A DNA stretch of 64,000 bases from positions 1-64,000 of the IMG/VR virus record IMGVR_UViG_3300006201_000008. One strand, 5' to 3'. The notes beneath the pieces were generated by a model. That model saw nothing but the letters and a program-made list of their open reading frames with translations, searched no databases and had not been told where the DNA came from. Shown here piece after piece: positions 31,055-42,297 of this stretch. Origin of the DNA: a virus (taxonomy: Duplodnaviria; Caudoviricetes). Positions within the stretch are counted from its first letter, which is position 1. Every line of letters begins with the position of its first letter. The position numbers and the translations under genes were made by a program.

Positions 31055-32857
31055 TCAAACGTATGTTACTTCTGATGTACCACAATTGTCAAACATACCA
31101 GACTTATATTTTTCTTCTACTAGAGAGAGGTTCCAATTGTTTCTTGATACTTTAATGGATACAAGTTTTTCACAATCACTAAACATATCAATCATATTTT
31201 TTACATTACTTGTATTAAAACTAGTTAAATCAAGACGTTCTAACAATCTATTTCCACTAAACATTCCAGCCATATTGTTTACGTTACTTGTATTAAAACT
31301 AGTTAAATCAAGACGTTCTAACAATCTATTTCCACTAAACATATAACTCATGTCTTTTACATTACTTGTATTAAAATTACCAAAAATAACAGTTTTTAGA
31401 CGTGGACATCTATAAAACATGTTGGCCATATTATCTACATTATTTGCATTAAAATTAAATAAATTAACAGATTTTAAATACTGACAATTATTAAACATAT
31501 AACTTGCGTTTTTAATCTTAGAATAATCGATATCTTTACTAAAAAATACACTTTCAATTAAATAATTATTAGAAAACAAATAGTTACTTTCTGAATCTTC
31601 ATCGTTATTAGCAATTACTGTTTTATATGTTTTATTATTAATTATGTAATTACTATACACTATAATATTTTTTTCATCAAATTTATTATGATGTTTTAAT
31701 GTAATTGTTTCCTCATTTTCATTAAGGAGATAATCCCAATTAGAATCTTCTCCAAATGGAGCTATTGAAGTATCAATAATAATAATACTTATACTACTAC
31801 TATCATTCCCTGCTTTATCAGTCAATGATAATATACAATTATCCATTGCTTCTGTAAACGTATAAGTATTATTAACCAAATCAACAACATTATTATTTAC
31901 AGTTAGAGTGGCACCTTCTTCTACATTTAAAACAGTGCCAGTAGGATATGTGCCACCATCTTCCAATCCTTCAAACACTGGCGGAATATTATCCATTACA
32001 ATTCCGTCAGAACAAATATATGTAACATTATCTGCATTATCCGTAATACGAGCATATATAATATAATTATTATTTGGTGCAATTTCGAAAGCATCATTAT
32101 ATACCGTCCAATTAATTGATGCAATATCAGATGTATTAATCGCAGCTGTTGCCAAATAATAAGCAATTTCTTTTATGCCAGTTTCATTATCAGTTGCCTC
32201 GATTGTAACAGTTTGATTTTCTTTGTAATATTTATTAAATTCAACAACATCTTTCCACGTTGCATATTCGTTGGTTCCAATTCTAATAACACCAGCTGGA
32301 TTAATGGAATCAACAAGCGCAGGTATCTCTTCTGTATAACTTTCCCCACATAAAAAGCAAGTACATGTTTTAGTTCCAGTTTGTGAATATGTAGGCTCTT
32401 TGGTTACAAAACAAACATAATCATGAGTATGCGTTTCACCAGTTCCTTCATTTTTATTAATAATAATTACGAATGTGCCATTTTCAATGTTGTTAAAATC
32501 TTTAGCGCATTCCTCTTTAGTTCCTACCCAGATTTCATTCGATCCATTGCCATAAGGGATCCATTCACCATCTCTATATTCATATAATATTCCCTTAGTT
32601 TCATTTGCTTTGACTAATGCATAAATAAACGGATATTCTTTAATATTACTTGTAGGGAGAATTTCAACAGGAATGATTTCAACTTTTTCAGCTTCAATAT
32701 CTGTTAAAGACTCCTCTACAGTACTACCATCTGGTCTGTCAACATTGTCAGAATCAGCTCCAATAGGCACATACACATAATCAGAAGCATTTCCATTATC
32801 AGCAACTTTTTTACCAATTGATTTTATTGTATTTGGCTTGTTAGTTAAATTTGCCAA
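31055..32857 (-). CDS. tail fibre/adhesin with BspA/DUF285 leucine-rich repeats
   Basis: C-terminal FNTSNVxxMxxMF repeats, Ig-like middle region; last gene of the tail operon. Confidence 0.82.
   Translation of the reverse strand: MANLTNKPNTIKSIGKKVADNGNASDYVYVPIGADSDNVDRPDGSTVEESLTDIEAEKVEIIPVEILPTSNIKEYPFIYALVKANETKGILYEYRDGEWIPYGNGSNEIWVGTKEECAKDFNNIENGTFVIIINKNEGTGETHTHDYVCFVTKEPTYSQTGTKTCTCFLCGESYTEEIPALVDSINPAGVIRIGTNEYATWKDVVEFNKYYKENQTVTIEATDNETGIKEIAYYLATAAINTSDIASINWTVYNDAFEIAPNNNYIIYARITDNADNVTYICSDGIVMDNIPPVFEGLEDGGTYPTGTVLNVEEGATLTVNNNVVDLVNNTYTFTEAMDNCILSLTDKAGNDSSSISIIIIDTSIAPFGEDSNWDYLLNENEETITLKHHNKFDEKNIIVYSNYIINNKTYKTVIANNDEDSESNYLFSNNYLIESVFFSKDIDYSKIKNASYMFNNCQYLKSVNLFNFNANNVDNMANMFYRCPRLKTVIFGNFNTSNVKDMSYMFSGNRLLERLDLTSFNTSNVNNMAGMFSGNRLLERLDLTSFNTSNVKNMIDMFSDCEKLVSIKVSRNNWNLSLVEEKYKSGMFDNCGTSEVTYV
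31203..31341. repeat. recent 75-bp tandem duplication of one DUF285 repeat
   Basis: TTACTTGTATTAAAACTAGTTAAATCAAGACGTTCTAACAATCTATTTCCACTAAACAT occurs twice, 75 bp apart. Confidence 0.9.
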
Positions 32858-32879
32858 TCATCATCACCATCCTTTATAA

Positions 32880-33059
32880 TTAGTTTCTTTCACTTTCAAT
32901 AAACCATAAGTCTCCAATGTTCTGATCCGTCGGTTGTTCAATAGATACTTTTGTATTAATTATTTCTTTTGAAACTTCTATCGGAGCAAATGTGCGTTTC
33001 ATATTTTCAATAGTCCTTCCCAATTTCTCAAAAGTTATAATTTTGATTTCAGCTTCCAT
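32880..33059 (-). CDS. small tail-associated protein (59 aa, not in ORF track)
   Basis: GAGGAA RBS; MEAEIKIITFEKLG...QPTDQNIGDLWFIESERN, with a C-terminus like that of the BppU-like protein (GDIWFVENER). Confidence 0.7.
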   Translation of the reverse strand: MEAEIKIITFEKLGRTIENMKRTFAPIEVSKEIINTKVSIEQPTDQNIGDLWFIESERN

Positions 33060-33141
33060 TATAATTCCTCCTATAAATCATTTGAATAAGGACGCATGGA
33101 GTGACCATACGCCCTTGAAATATGTCTTTTATAGATTAAAA

Positions 33142-34107
33142 TTACGCTGTCAGATCAGGAAATAAAGAATCAATGTCTGAATCTGTAGCTTCCTCATATG
33201 CAGGTTTTCCTTCAAGCTCTGTTACCCTCTCTGCAAGTGTATCAGTATACGCCTTCGCATCTTCTAAGGCTTTATCTGCTTTTGTACCTGCTTCAGATAC
33301 AGCCTGTGTTTTTGCTGTATCTACATAATCTTTAACCGTACCTGTGCCGATATTTCCAACTTTTGCTGTAATCTTTGCATCAGTATTTGTTCCAGATTCT
33401 GTAATAGCTTCTGTTTTTGCAGTCGCAATTGCAGTTGTTAATTCTGTTTTTAAATTAACAATTTTTTCCTGGATATATTCAACAATAGTTGTAGCTTCCG
33501 TTCCTTCTGGTAACTGAGTTACAAGACTTTTTAATGTTGCAATATCAGTCTTATTGGAATTGATCTGACTATTCATTTCGATAGCATCTGTTGAATGAGA
33601 TGTAATCCAATCAGAAATTTCTTTTAAAGTATTGTATGCTTCTGGTGCGTCTGCTACGATTTTTGCAACTGCATCAGCAACTTTTTTATCAACAGAACCT
33701 TCCCCACTTCCGATCAGTGTTGCAATGGCAGTCTCATTTGATGTTACTCTACCTTTTAATTCTGTATCATCGTAGGCAGAAGCAGAAATCTCTTCTTTCA
33801 ATGTTATAGTTGCGTCTTTAATCTTTTTATCAACAGAACCATCTACAGTATCATTTCCATTTAATATTGCAATAGCGTCAGTATTTGTTTTGACTGCACC
33901 ATTAGCAAGTTCATTGACTTTTGTTTCCGCTGTACCAGCTGCATCATAATTATCAGCCAGATTATCAGCATAATCCTTTGCAGATTTCAGTGTAGTTGCA
34001 TCATCAGCAGCCATTTTTGTTTTAATTTTCTGATCATAACGTGAAAGATTGCCTAAAGTAATAAGTTTAGTAGAATTTTCGTTTGTGTTTGCTCTTGTCT
34101 TTGCCAT
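33142..34107 (-). CDS. minor tail/fibre protein
   Basis: 321 aa, Ala-rich helical; APEAYNTLKEISDWI motif typical of fibre proteins. Confidence 0.75.
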   Translation of the reverse strand: MAKTRANTNENSTKLITLGNLSRYDQKIKTKMAADDATTLKSAKDYADNLADNYDAAGTAETKVNELANGAVKTNTDAIAILNGNDTVDGSVDKKIKDATITLKEEISASAYDDTELKGRVTSNETAIATLIGSGEGSVDKKVADAVAKIVADAPEAYNTLKEISDWITSHSTDAIEMNSQINSNKTDIATLKSLVTQLPEGTEATTIVEYIQEKIVNLKTELTTAIATAKTEAITESGTNTDAKITAKVGNIGTGTVKDYVDTAKTQAVSEAGTKADKALEDAKAYTDTLAERVTELEGKPAYEEATDSDIDSLFPDLTA

Positions 34108-34139
34108 AAAGTTTTTTCTCCTTATTAATAAAATTAGTT

Positions 34140-34826
34140 TTAAAAAAAGTTATCTATATCAACGTCCGTTGCATAAGATAACTTTTGATCTACAATGTTT
34201 TGAATTTCTAAATTTAAAGTACCAGTATTCAATTCTTCTAAGATTTCATTAGATATATCTTCTTTTGTTGTGTAAGTAGTTGTTGCACATGAACCATCTG
34301 ATTTAATATCAAACATCGTAACTCCATTAGAAGCTAATTGCATAATGTTTTCGCTACAAATAATAAAAATGTCTCCAGATGTTCCAGTAGTAAAATTTTT
34401 GGAATTATTGGTTGCAGAATAGTTTCCCAATATTTTATAAATTCCAGGTTGTAAATTAGATAAAATAAGTGGAGTGGAAGTGTTTCCTACAAGATTTTTT
34501 AATGGAATATCGGTTAATTGATTATAACTTGTGATATTTGATCCACCAGAACCAGTATTCCCTGAAGAGCCTCCAAATTTGTATCCAACTTTAATCCAGG
34601 TATCAGTCTCTATTCCTAATAACCATATTGAGCCATCTTCAAAACAAAAACATTCTGAACCAGGCATACATGGATCGTCACTTATCGTATCATGCTCTTG
34701 TTTTGCCCCCATTCTATGGGCTGTTGGTAATTTACCAATATCACTTAGAAAATCACATTGAAATTCTTTTGGTGTGTACGAATAAGTTTTGTTACCTTTT
34801 AACCATTTATAGGCCATAGACATCAC
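34140..34826 (-). CDS. tail-associated hypothetical protein
   Basis: 228-aa ORF in the tail operon, AGGAGGTG RBS. Confidence 0.7.
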   Translation of the reverse strand: MMSMAYKWLKGNKTYSYTPKEFQCDFLSDIGKLPTAHRMGAKQEHDTISDDPCMPGSECFCFEDGSIWLLGIETDTWIKVGYKFGGSSGNTGSGGSNITSYNQLTDIPLKNLVGNTSTPLILSNLQPGIYKILGNYSATNNSKNFTTGTSGDIFIICSENIMQLASNGVTMFDIKSDGSCATTTYTTKEDISNEILEELNTGTLNLEIQNIVDQKLSYATDVDIDNFF

Positions 34827-34840
34827 CTCCTTTCTTAAAT

Positions 34841-36013
34841 TTATCTTTCATTTTCAACAAACCATATATCTCCAATATCTAAATCCTCCGGTGGAGTAGT
34901 AGATACACCAGGCATTTTTCCAGTAGCGTCATTTATTGATTCTAATGCTTTTTTAACTTTTTCTATAACTTCGTCAGCAGTTTTATTTGCTTCATTAGCT
35001 TTTGTAACTGCATCTGTAGCGTCTTTTAAAGCATCAGCACTATCTTTAATAATTTGATCTACTTCTTTGATTTTATCATCAAATTCTTTTTGTCTTTTTT
35101 CTTCTGCAGTGACGCGATCTTTTTCAGCTTCTTTTATATCGTTTTCAGTTGTAGTTATATCAGTTATTGCCTTTTTTGCTTTATCTATAACATCGTTTGC
35201 TTCTGCAATTTTATTATTCATGTTAGTAATAGCATCATTAGCATTTTTAGTGGCATCTATAGCGTCTTGTGCAGCTTTTTTTGCTTTATCGGCAGCATCA
35301 TCAGCATTAACAGCAGCGGCGTTTGCTTTATTAGCAGCATTATTAGCGTTCGTTGCAGCTGTATTCGCTTTATTAGCAGCGTTATTGGCGTTAATAGTAG
35401 CTGTATTTGCTTTTGCTGCTGCGTCATTAGCATTTTTGGCAGCGTTATTAGCATTTGTAATAGCAATAGCAGTATTTTTTTCACGTTCTTTTTCAGCTCT
35501 TTCACGCTCTAATTCTGCTTGTTTTCTTGCATTTTCTGCAGCTTCCCATTCTGGGAATTTTTCAATAATTCGTTCAGCTTCTTTAACTTTTAAAAGAATA
35601 TGAACCAATGCATCAAACTCTGCTGTGGATGTTAATTTGCAGTGACAATAAACTGATTTTTGTATGACTGCCTTTACTGGCATAGAGTGAAGAACTTTTT
35701 CAGTAGATTTTTCAATGAGCATTATTTCTGCATGACCTATGCCATCAGCAATTAGCATTTGTTCGGTACATATTACGGTAACTGTTCCATCTGTATTTAT
35801 TATAGCGTCATTAAAAACGGGATATCCATCTGGTTTTAACCATTTTACATGAGCTTCTATAGTTGAAGCATCAATAGGAACTACCTTCCCAAGATTAGTG
35901 AATGTAATGATTATTTTTCTTGCATCCTTATCGTATTGATGAAATCGTAAGGTTTTTATATTTGGATTGTTAAAGTCTAGCGTAACTCTTTGGACATTAT
36001 CTTGAAGTCCCAA
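34841..36013 (-). CDS. BppU-like baseplate upper protein with Ala/Asn heptad stalk
   Basis: QYDKDARKI...KPDG N-terminal domain; ANNAANKA repeats. Confidence 0.82.
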   Translation of the reverse strand: MGLQDNVQRVTLDFNNPNIKTLRFHQYDKDARKIIITFTNLGKVVPIDASTIEAHVKWLKPDGYPVFNDAIINTDGTVTVICTEQMLIADGIGHAEIMLIEKSTEKVLHSMPVKAVIQKSVYCHCKLTSTAEFDALVHILLKVKEAERIIEKFPEWEAAENARKQAELERERAEKEREKNTAIAITNANNAAKNANDAAAKANTATINANNAANKANTAATNANNAANKANAAAVNADDAADKAKKAAQDAIDATKNANDAITNMNNKIAEANDVIDKAKKAITDITTTENDIKEAEKDRVTAEEKRQKEFDDKIKEVDQIIKDSADALKDATDAVTKANEANKTADEVIEKVKKALESINDATGKMPGVSTTPPEDLDIGDIWFVENER

Positions 36014-36051
36014 TAGAACCTCCTTTCCACAAAAATAAAAGAATCTAACTT

Positions 36052-36285
36052 TTATTTTACAGTAGATTCTTTTATTGATTCTTCATATTTTGCTTTTTCC
36101 ATTTCATATATTTGTATAAAAGCGTCTCTTACTTGCATATAGAAATCTTTTGCGATTAACTCCTGAATGGATGACGGAAGTCCGCTATTACTAATAATAC
36201 TAAAAAGTTGATGTCTTATATCTTCTATGATAATATTAGTTGTTAGTAAATTTTGTTGATTTTCATTTTGATTCATTTTATTCAT
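36052..36285 (-). CDS. small tail-module protein
   Basis: 77-aa ORF overlapping the upstream gene. Confidence 0.65.
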   Translation of the reverse strand: MNKMNQNENQQNLLTTNIIIEDIRHQLFSIISNSGLPSSIQELIAKDFYMQVRDAFIQIYEMEKAKYEESIKESTVK

Positions 36286-36526
36286 TGTTCATTCCTTTCG
36301 ATAATTCATAAACGTGTTTTTCAAATTCACTAAAATCTTTAAAAACCTCAGTACTGTATTTATCAAATAGTTCTCTATCCTGAATGGATTTATTAATACT
36401 AAAATCTCCCTTGTCTGGGATATTAGCATTCATATAAGCAATCTGTTTTTTGATTTTAGTACCATTTTCTTCCACATCCATTGAACTAACACCAGTAACA
36501 GTAATACTTTTATTAATTTGTAACAT
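36278..36526 (-). CDS. small tail-module protein
   Basis: 82-aa ORF with GGAGGA RBS. Confidence 0.7.
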   Translation of the reverse strand: MLQINKSITVTGVSSMDVEENGTKIKKQIAYMNANIPDKGDFSINKSIQDRELFDKYSTEVFKDFSEFEKHVYELSKGMNNE

Positions 36527-39500
36527 TTAACAATTCCTCCAATCTTTGTAGACGCTGTTTTAATATTGCATTCTCACCTTGTAAAGATAAAATGATATGT
36601 TTAAAATCCATTTCTTCATGTTCAAATTTTTCTATTCGTTTTTGATGATTCTGAACCATTTGGACTGTCATAATTCCAATAGACTTATAATCAACACGAT
36701 ATGCATAATCAGAACAATAAAAACGTTCTTCATCTAATATCTTTTTGGATTTCCAAGCAATATTATATTTTTCGCATGGGAATAAGTCTGCAACTCTGTC
36801 TGCTTCCAGACCAAACTCTATATTATTTGGTTTATAGGAATATAATCCAGTTTTGTACTTATAACTTACAGGTCTAAGTTTCATATAAAGATTAGAAATA
36901 TCTTCTAAATCTTCAATATTGTTTTTTAATCTTATATCTGAACTTGTATCAGCATGTGCATCTACATATCCTTGTATATAATTTTGAACATACTCTACAG
37001 ATGGAACATCAACACTCATATAATGATCATCGGCTTTTCCGTTAGCTCCAAATCGAAGAATGGCAGTTCCACTAGTGTAACTACCGCTTGAATACCTATA
37101 ATCGTTGTTACCAATACTAATATTTTTTACTCTTGTAAAACCTTTCACCCAACCAGCAGAAGGAACACCATCATTATCAACACTGCCATTCATATAATAA
37201 ACTCTTGAATTAGTAGTGCCATTTGATGTTCCTCTTTGAAAAGGCACATAAATATTATCTACATATATACTATTAGTATCAATACATGCTCCTCCAGCAC
37301 CTCTGAATATTTCCGTTCCAAGAATATTAGCACATACCCCATATACTATTGGTGCGTTGTATCCAACGTTACTGTAGACCCATGACGTTTTATTTTTTGC
37401 GGTTATTACTGTTTCATACTGTCCAGAGTTATTATTCCAAAGACTAAAAGTTTTTGCTTGCACATCTGCGCCAATGACTTTATCACTAAAAATACCGCAG
37501 CATCCTGTAAGATCACCTTTAAAATATCCTGCGTTTGCATACACTGTTCCTGTGAAAGTTCCGCTTGATGCAACCATATTACCAGAAGAATCAACGGTAA
37601 ATCTATTTGCAATATTGATAGAGGTTCCATTAATACTTCCACCATTAATACTAGGCGAATTTATAGAAGTACCAGCATTAATTGTTCCAGTAAAAGAACC
37701 ATTTGTGGCACTCATATTTCCATTTGAATCAACTTTAAAACGATTATTTACATTAATAGAAGTACCAGTAATTGATCCGCCGTTAATACTTGGACTATAA
37801 ATTGCGGTGCCCGCATGGATTGTTCCAGTAAAATTTGCATTTGTCGCATTCATGTTTCCACTTATATCAACAGAAAAGTTATTTCCAATTTTAATACTTC
37901 CACCAGTAATTGTATTACCAATTAAACTATTGCTGGAAATAGTATTACCTGTTATAGTGCTGCCGTTTATAGTGCTTGCAGACATATGACAAGCATTAAG
38001 AGTTCCACTAAAATCTCCGTCACATCCTTGAAGAGTTCCAGTCATAACCATTTTATTTGATACATTATTAAAATATAAAACTTCATTACCATTATGAGAA
38101 ATAGAAAATATTCGATCTGATGCACCACCAATTTTTACCCGATTCCCATTTTTATCTTGATAATCGATGGTAATATCAGTAAATTTGGCTGTATCACCAG
38201 TGAGTAAAAAAGATCCTTTTTCGTTTGTGATATACAATGACTCGCCAGCAAGCAGTCTACCAATTATATTATCCGCAATTAAGCCAGAAGTTCTCTTTCC
38301 ATCAATGTAAATAGTACCAAGAGCAAGCGAAACTGTTTTCCATGCATCTTGCGTAAAATATACACCTTGTCCAATTAATCGAGTTTGATAATCTCCATAA
38401 TTACCTTCCTCAGTCATATCTTTCAGATTAATGCCATAACTTCCATAAGTCACTTCGTTATTATCAGAATTAGAAATTGTAGTTTTTGCCGCATTTAATC
38501 CCTCAGCAATCCATTTTCCAACTTCATTATACGCTTTATTTCCCTGGGAAGATTGTTGTTTAATAGAATTATATGAAGAAGCCATTGAACCAGCTTGTTT
38601 AATAATATCGCCAATATCATTTACAATATTACCATTACCGCTGATATTTTCTGAGAAAGTTATTTTTAATTGTTCTATTTGATCAAAATCAATATCTACT
38701 TGCATGAGACGAAGTTTTAGTATTTCGTTATCATTTGCTATGCGAATATAATTATATATTTGAAACTTGTCCCAGAATGGCTTGAACTCATCCATTATTA
38801 GAAGGTTGCTAAGAGAAATAGAGCATGTCCGCTGTAACTGACAAGCCATATTCAATTGATAATTAGCATAATCTAACAATTCCTTACATTTTGCAAGTAT
38901 TTGACCATCAGTAAGTCCATCAGATACATAATTGCTATTTTGATAAGTATCTTCACGCCTATAAGAATTAAATAATTTCCAATAGGATGGATTTATATTG
39001 TCAAGATATGTTTTGAAATCAACTTGACTTTGTATTGCATTTTTTTCTAATTCAATTTGATCTATTAATTGCTTTTGATTTTCAACTTCTCGTTCTCGTA
39101 TTTTATAAACTTCATATACAGCATCTCGTCGTAGTCTGTAAGTTGTGTAAATAGTATTGAAGGCGGATGTGTCTTTTGCAGAAGATTGAAAAGACATAAG
39201 AATTGAAAGACAACTTTCATATCCATCATAGAATGATTTCAGTCTATTTAAACTATATTTTTGAAAATACATAACCAATTTTCCATAATCTGCGGAAGTA
39301 GTATATGCTAAAACATCCTGATCAACCTCAGCCATTTCATTCTTTGCAATTGCTTTTAATATTTTTTGTTTGGCATAGTTTAGTTCATCATCATTAATTC
39401 TAACAGAAACAATAAATGTTCTTGTGTCATTCTTATCTGCAGTTCTATAAACATGAATTTTCCCAGTCCATACATTACCATTATATCTTGGATAATTGCT

Positions 39501-40862
39501 AGTGATATCATCAACAGATTCTACGGTGTAACGATTATCAATGATAACCTTACAATACGCTACAACACTATTTGTAATTCCTGTAAATGAAGTAGAGGAG
39601 TGAATTGAAAGATTAGATACTGCAACTTGTGTGTTTACAAATTCACGTTCTATTCTTCCAGACTGTTCTTGAGCATTTGTAGTTCTAAGTAATACGCTTG
39701 GCATCATGGAATGTTCTAAATATGATAGAAGATCATATGCTGAACACAATCTTGTAAATGCTCCACATATAATCCATGAAGAACCATTACTTACATAGTA
39801 TTTATTTTCATTATTTATATGATAATAATGTCCAATAAGATTGTTAGGGGAAGGTAAATTAGAATATGAATTAACATTTCCATCAAAAGTAAGAATGGTA
39901 TTTGTGGGTTTTTCTTCTAAAATTAGTTGGTTAAATACATCATATCCACCATAATATTCATCACTTATAGTATTTTTTAATGTCTGATATGATTTTATAG
40001 CATTCACTAATCCCTCTGGCATATCATCATATTGTAAATTGCTAAATCTCCATATATAATTTCCAGTAAGATTAATTGCAGATAAGTAATTGGTAATTAC
40101 ATCATCGCCACCAACCACACGAAAACAATTTTTTACACTTTCTGAATTATCTTCAATAGTAATATTATTAGCGAGATTTCTAGTATTGATAAATACATTG
40201 GTATCTTCTCCTACACTATATCTATCATAAATATTTATTCTGCGATTATATGTATCAAAAACATATACCAAATTCGCTTCATTTGCTAAATCATTTACTA
40301 GAAAATCATAGATATTTTGATTATCAATAGTAAAAGTTCTCTGAAATGATGTTGCTAATTCTTGTGTTTGATTTCCATTATTTGTAACTGTAATATATTG
40401 TGGGACAACACCCAGGCTCCAATGACATGCCTTATCCATTAAAAGCAAATGTAAAAGACTATGGTGAGGATCAGATGGGTTGTAAAGTTTGATTGGTTTA
40501 ATATTTCCATATGAATCTAAATTTGATTCATGCTGTGTTCCATAGTTAAAATAATCGTCATCATTGATATGCAAATCATATAGTGGAATTTGTGTAAGTT
40601 CTGTTTCTAGGGATTGTCCAATAACTTCTTTAAATATATCTTGATTCGTAGTTTTATTTAACTTTATTTCAAATTGACCATATCCAACAACATCAATAAT
40701 CTTTAAATCAATTATTTCTTCCCAAAATGAGCATTCTTTTCTATCTAAATTTTTATATACATGAAATTTAATATTATCTAATGTAGAACCAGAGATTGAC
40801 ATCTGAAGATCAATATAATTAATTTTACCAATTACTTCACCATTTCTTTTTTTTAATAACAA
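36513..40862 (-). CDS. Tal-like tail spike with C-terminal intramolecular chaperone (peptidase S74)
   Basis: Follows Dit; INGGSI beta-helix-like repeats; SDIRLKNNIEDL...LRPVSYKY...GLEA; true start probably at about 40925. Confidence 0.87.
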   Translation of the reverse strand: MLLKKRNGEVIGKINYIDLQMSISGSTLDNIKFHVYKNLDRKECSFWEEIIDLKIIDVVGYGQFEIKLNKTTNQDIFKEVIGQSLETELTQIPLYDLHINDDDYFNYGTQHESNLDSYGNIKPIKLYNPSDPHHSLLHLLLMDKACHWSLGVVPQYITVTNNGNQTQELATSFQRTFTIDNQNIYDFLVNDLANEANLVYVFDTYNRRINIYDRYSVGEDTNVFINTRNLANNITIEDNSESVKNCFRVVGGDDVITNYLSAINLTGNYIWRFSNLQYDDMPEGLVNAIKSYQTLKNTISDEYYGGYDVFNQLILEEKPTNTILTFDGNVNSYSNLPSPNNLIGHYYHINNENKYYVSNGSSWIICGAFTRLCSAYDLLSYLEHSMMPSVLLRTTNAQEQSGRIEREFVNTQVAVSNLSIHSSTSFTGITNSVVAYCKVIIDNRYTVESVDDITSNYPRYNGNVWTGKIHVYRTADKNDTRTFIVSVRINDDELNYAKQKILKAIAKNEMAEVDQDVLAYTTSADYGKLVMYFQKYSLNRLKSFYDGYESCLSILMSFQSSAKDTSAFNTIYTTYRLRRDAVYEVYKIREREVENQKQLIDQIELEKNAIQSQVDFKTYLDNINPSYWKLFNSYRREDTYQNSNYVSDGLTDGQILAKCKELLDYANYQLNMACQLQRTCSISLSNLLIMDEFKPFWDKFQIYNYIRIANDNEILKLRLMQVDIDFDQIEQLKITFSENISGNGNIVNDIGDIIKQAGSMASSYNSIKQQSSQGNKAYNEVGKWIAEGLNAAKTTISNSDNNEVTYGSYGINLKDMTEEGNYGDYQTRLIGQGVYFTQDAWKTVSLALGTIYIDGKRTSGLIADNIIGRLLAGESLYITNEKGSFLLTGDTAKFTDITIDYQDKNGNRVKIGGASDRIFSISHNGNEVLYFNNVSNKMVMTGTLQGCDGDFSGTLNACHMSASTINGSTITGNTISSNSLIGNTITGGSIKIGNNFSVDISGNMNATNANFTGTIHAGTAIYSPSINGGSITGTSINVNNRFKVDSNGNMSATNGSFTGTINAGTSINSPSINGGSINGTSINIANRFTVDSSGNMVASSGTFTGTVYANAGYFKGDLTGCCGIFSDKVIGADVQAKTFSLWNNNSGQYETVITAKNKTSWVYSNVGYNAPIVYGVCANILGTEIFRGAGGACIDTNSIYVDNIYVPFQRGTSNGTTNSRVYYMNGSVDNDGVPSAGWVKGFTRVKNISIGNNDYRYSSGSYTSGTAILRFGANGKADDHYMSVDVPSVEYVQNYIQGYVDAHADTSSDIRLKNNIEDLEDISNLYMKLRPVSYKYKTGLYSYKPNNIEFGLEADRVADLFPCEKYNIAWKSKKILDEERFYCSDYAYRVDYKSIGIMTVQMVQNHQKRIEKFEHEEMDFKHIILSLQGENAILKQRLQRLEELLNVTN

Positions 40863-40925
40863 AGTAGGAGAATCAATTCGGTGAGTAATGGGGTTGGTTC
40901 TTATAATTGTTTTTGGAGTCTTAAT

Positions 40926-41711
40926 TTAACACATCGCCTTTCTTGCTAATCTGTATTTTATTTTAATATGACATGGTAGGGTAGAAGTGATTGTATTTAT
41001 AGTTTCGTCATAACCTTGTATGATACGTGGTAATTGCCAGTTAAAATTATCAGGACTAATCCCTTCGATAATTCCATTTTCAGAATTAATAATAATTTTA
41101 CTATTTGCCTTAACAGATTTTAGAATGGCATTTGTTTGATTGGTGTCTTCTAAAACTTTTAAATGAAGATCGCCATTTTGTTTTGGGGTTATTTCCCAGA
41201 TAGGGTAGAAGTAGTCGGCTCTATCCGATAAAGCTAAGAATGTATATGGAGAAGTGCTGCTTATGTCAAATTCAGTTTCTAGTGGCTCTGTGTAGCCATA
41301 AACATTATCCGTTGTTACAGTTAGTTTATATCCACGAATCCTTCCTGCAACCATTTGAGGTGTAATATTAATTTGCGCATTATAATAGATATTGTAAAAA
41401 TCATCCTGTTCAATGATAAATTCGTGAAATCCATCTTCACGACACAGCCATTTTCTCATAGCTCTGTCTTCATAACTGTTTATTGGCAAATTATTTTTTT
41501 TACTTTCATATTTAGCAATGGAAAATTCAAATGAAATTACATCATCATAATTAGAAGACAAAAATCTTCGTCTATCATTATCAGGGACTTTTAAGGTAGT
41601 GAATGTTATATTTGATGGAGTGAAAGTATTTGTTTCTCCATTAAATTCACATATGATAAAACCAAAATCACTTAAACTTTTCCCATCAAATATAAAATTT
41701 GTAGCATCCAC
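40926..41711 (-). CDS. distal tail protein (Dit)
   Basis: MDATNFIFDGKSLSDFG..., ...KWL; lies between TMP and Tal. Confidence 0.8.
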   Translation of the reverse strand: MDATNFIFDGKSLSDFGFIICEFNGETNTFTPSNITFTTLKVPDNDRRRFLSSNYDDVISFEFSIAKYESKKNNLPINSYEDRAMRKWLCREDGFHEFIIEQDDFYNIYYNAQINITPQMVAGRIRGYKLTVTTDNVYGYTEPLETEFDISSTSPYTFLALSDRADYFYPIWEITPKQNGDLHLKVLEDTNQTNAILKSVKANSKIIINSENGIIEGISPDNFNWQLPRIIQGYDETINTITSTLPCHIKIKYRLARKAMC

Positions 41712-41784
41712 ATATTCACCCCACTTTATTTTTTCTAATAAAAAAAGAACAATCCTAAAACTGCTCTTTTTATAACATATATGT

Positions 41785-42282
41785 TTATTTATAGTTTTCT
41801 AACTCTTTAATTAGATAATTTTTAATCTCGGTTATATGTTGTTTAAAGTAATTTGGTCTTCTTGATTCAAAAGCTAAAATACGTTTCAATTTTCGCTCTA
41901 ATTCTTTTATAGTCTCTGCTCTTCGTATAATAACATGTTTTTCACAAGATATAAATTCATGATCAATATATTTTTCTGTTATTGGGTAGCAAGAACTTAT
42001 TTTATATAATGCTGGTTTTGTAGTTCTTCCAATATGATAATAACAACTTCTAAGATCCTCATTAGGCATTTCTAAACATTTTTCATAATACATTTTTTGT
42101 TCATTGGTTCTATGTTTTAAATCACTGGTTGGTATTGCCCAATACAGATATTCAATTTTATTATCCTTTATACAGCAATAAATAGGACGTTTATTTCCAT
42201 TATTATAATCGCAGTCCCCTCCTAATGATTTAACTAATTCTAAATATTCTTTTTTGATTATGTATAAACCATGTTCAGTCAT
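41785..42282 (-). CDS. type III TA toxin, CptN-like endoribonuclease
   Basis: 165 aa, GLYIIKKEY, KRPIYCC..D....LYWAIP.S; preceded by a pseudoknot array and terminator. Confidence 0.82.
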   Translation of the reverse strand: MTEHGLYIIKKEYLELVKSLGGDCDYNNGNKRPIYCCIKDNKIEYLYWAIPTSDLKHRTNEQKMYYEKCLEMPNEDLRSCYYHIGRTTKPALYKISSCYPITEKYIDHEFISCEKHVIIRRAETIKELERKLKRILAFESRRPNYFKQHITEIKNYLIKELENYK

Positions 42283-42297
42283 ATTATCCTTTGTAAT

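Noticed and set aside
31055-32857. Diversity-generating retroelement target
   Set aside because: No reverse transcriptase or adenine-variant template repeat in this window
35054-35603. Antisense ORFs in the Ala-rich tail gene (and similar ones within TMP, nrdD and the protease)
   Set aside because: Artefacts of repetitive or biased coding on the opposite strand
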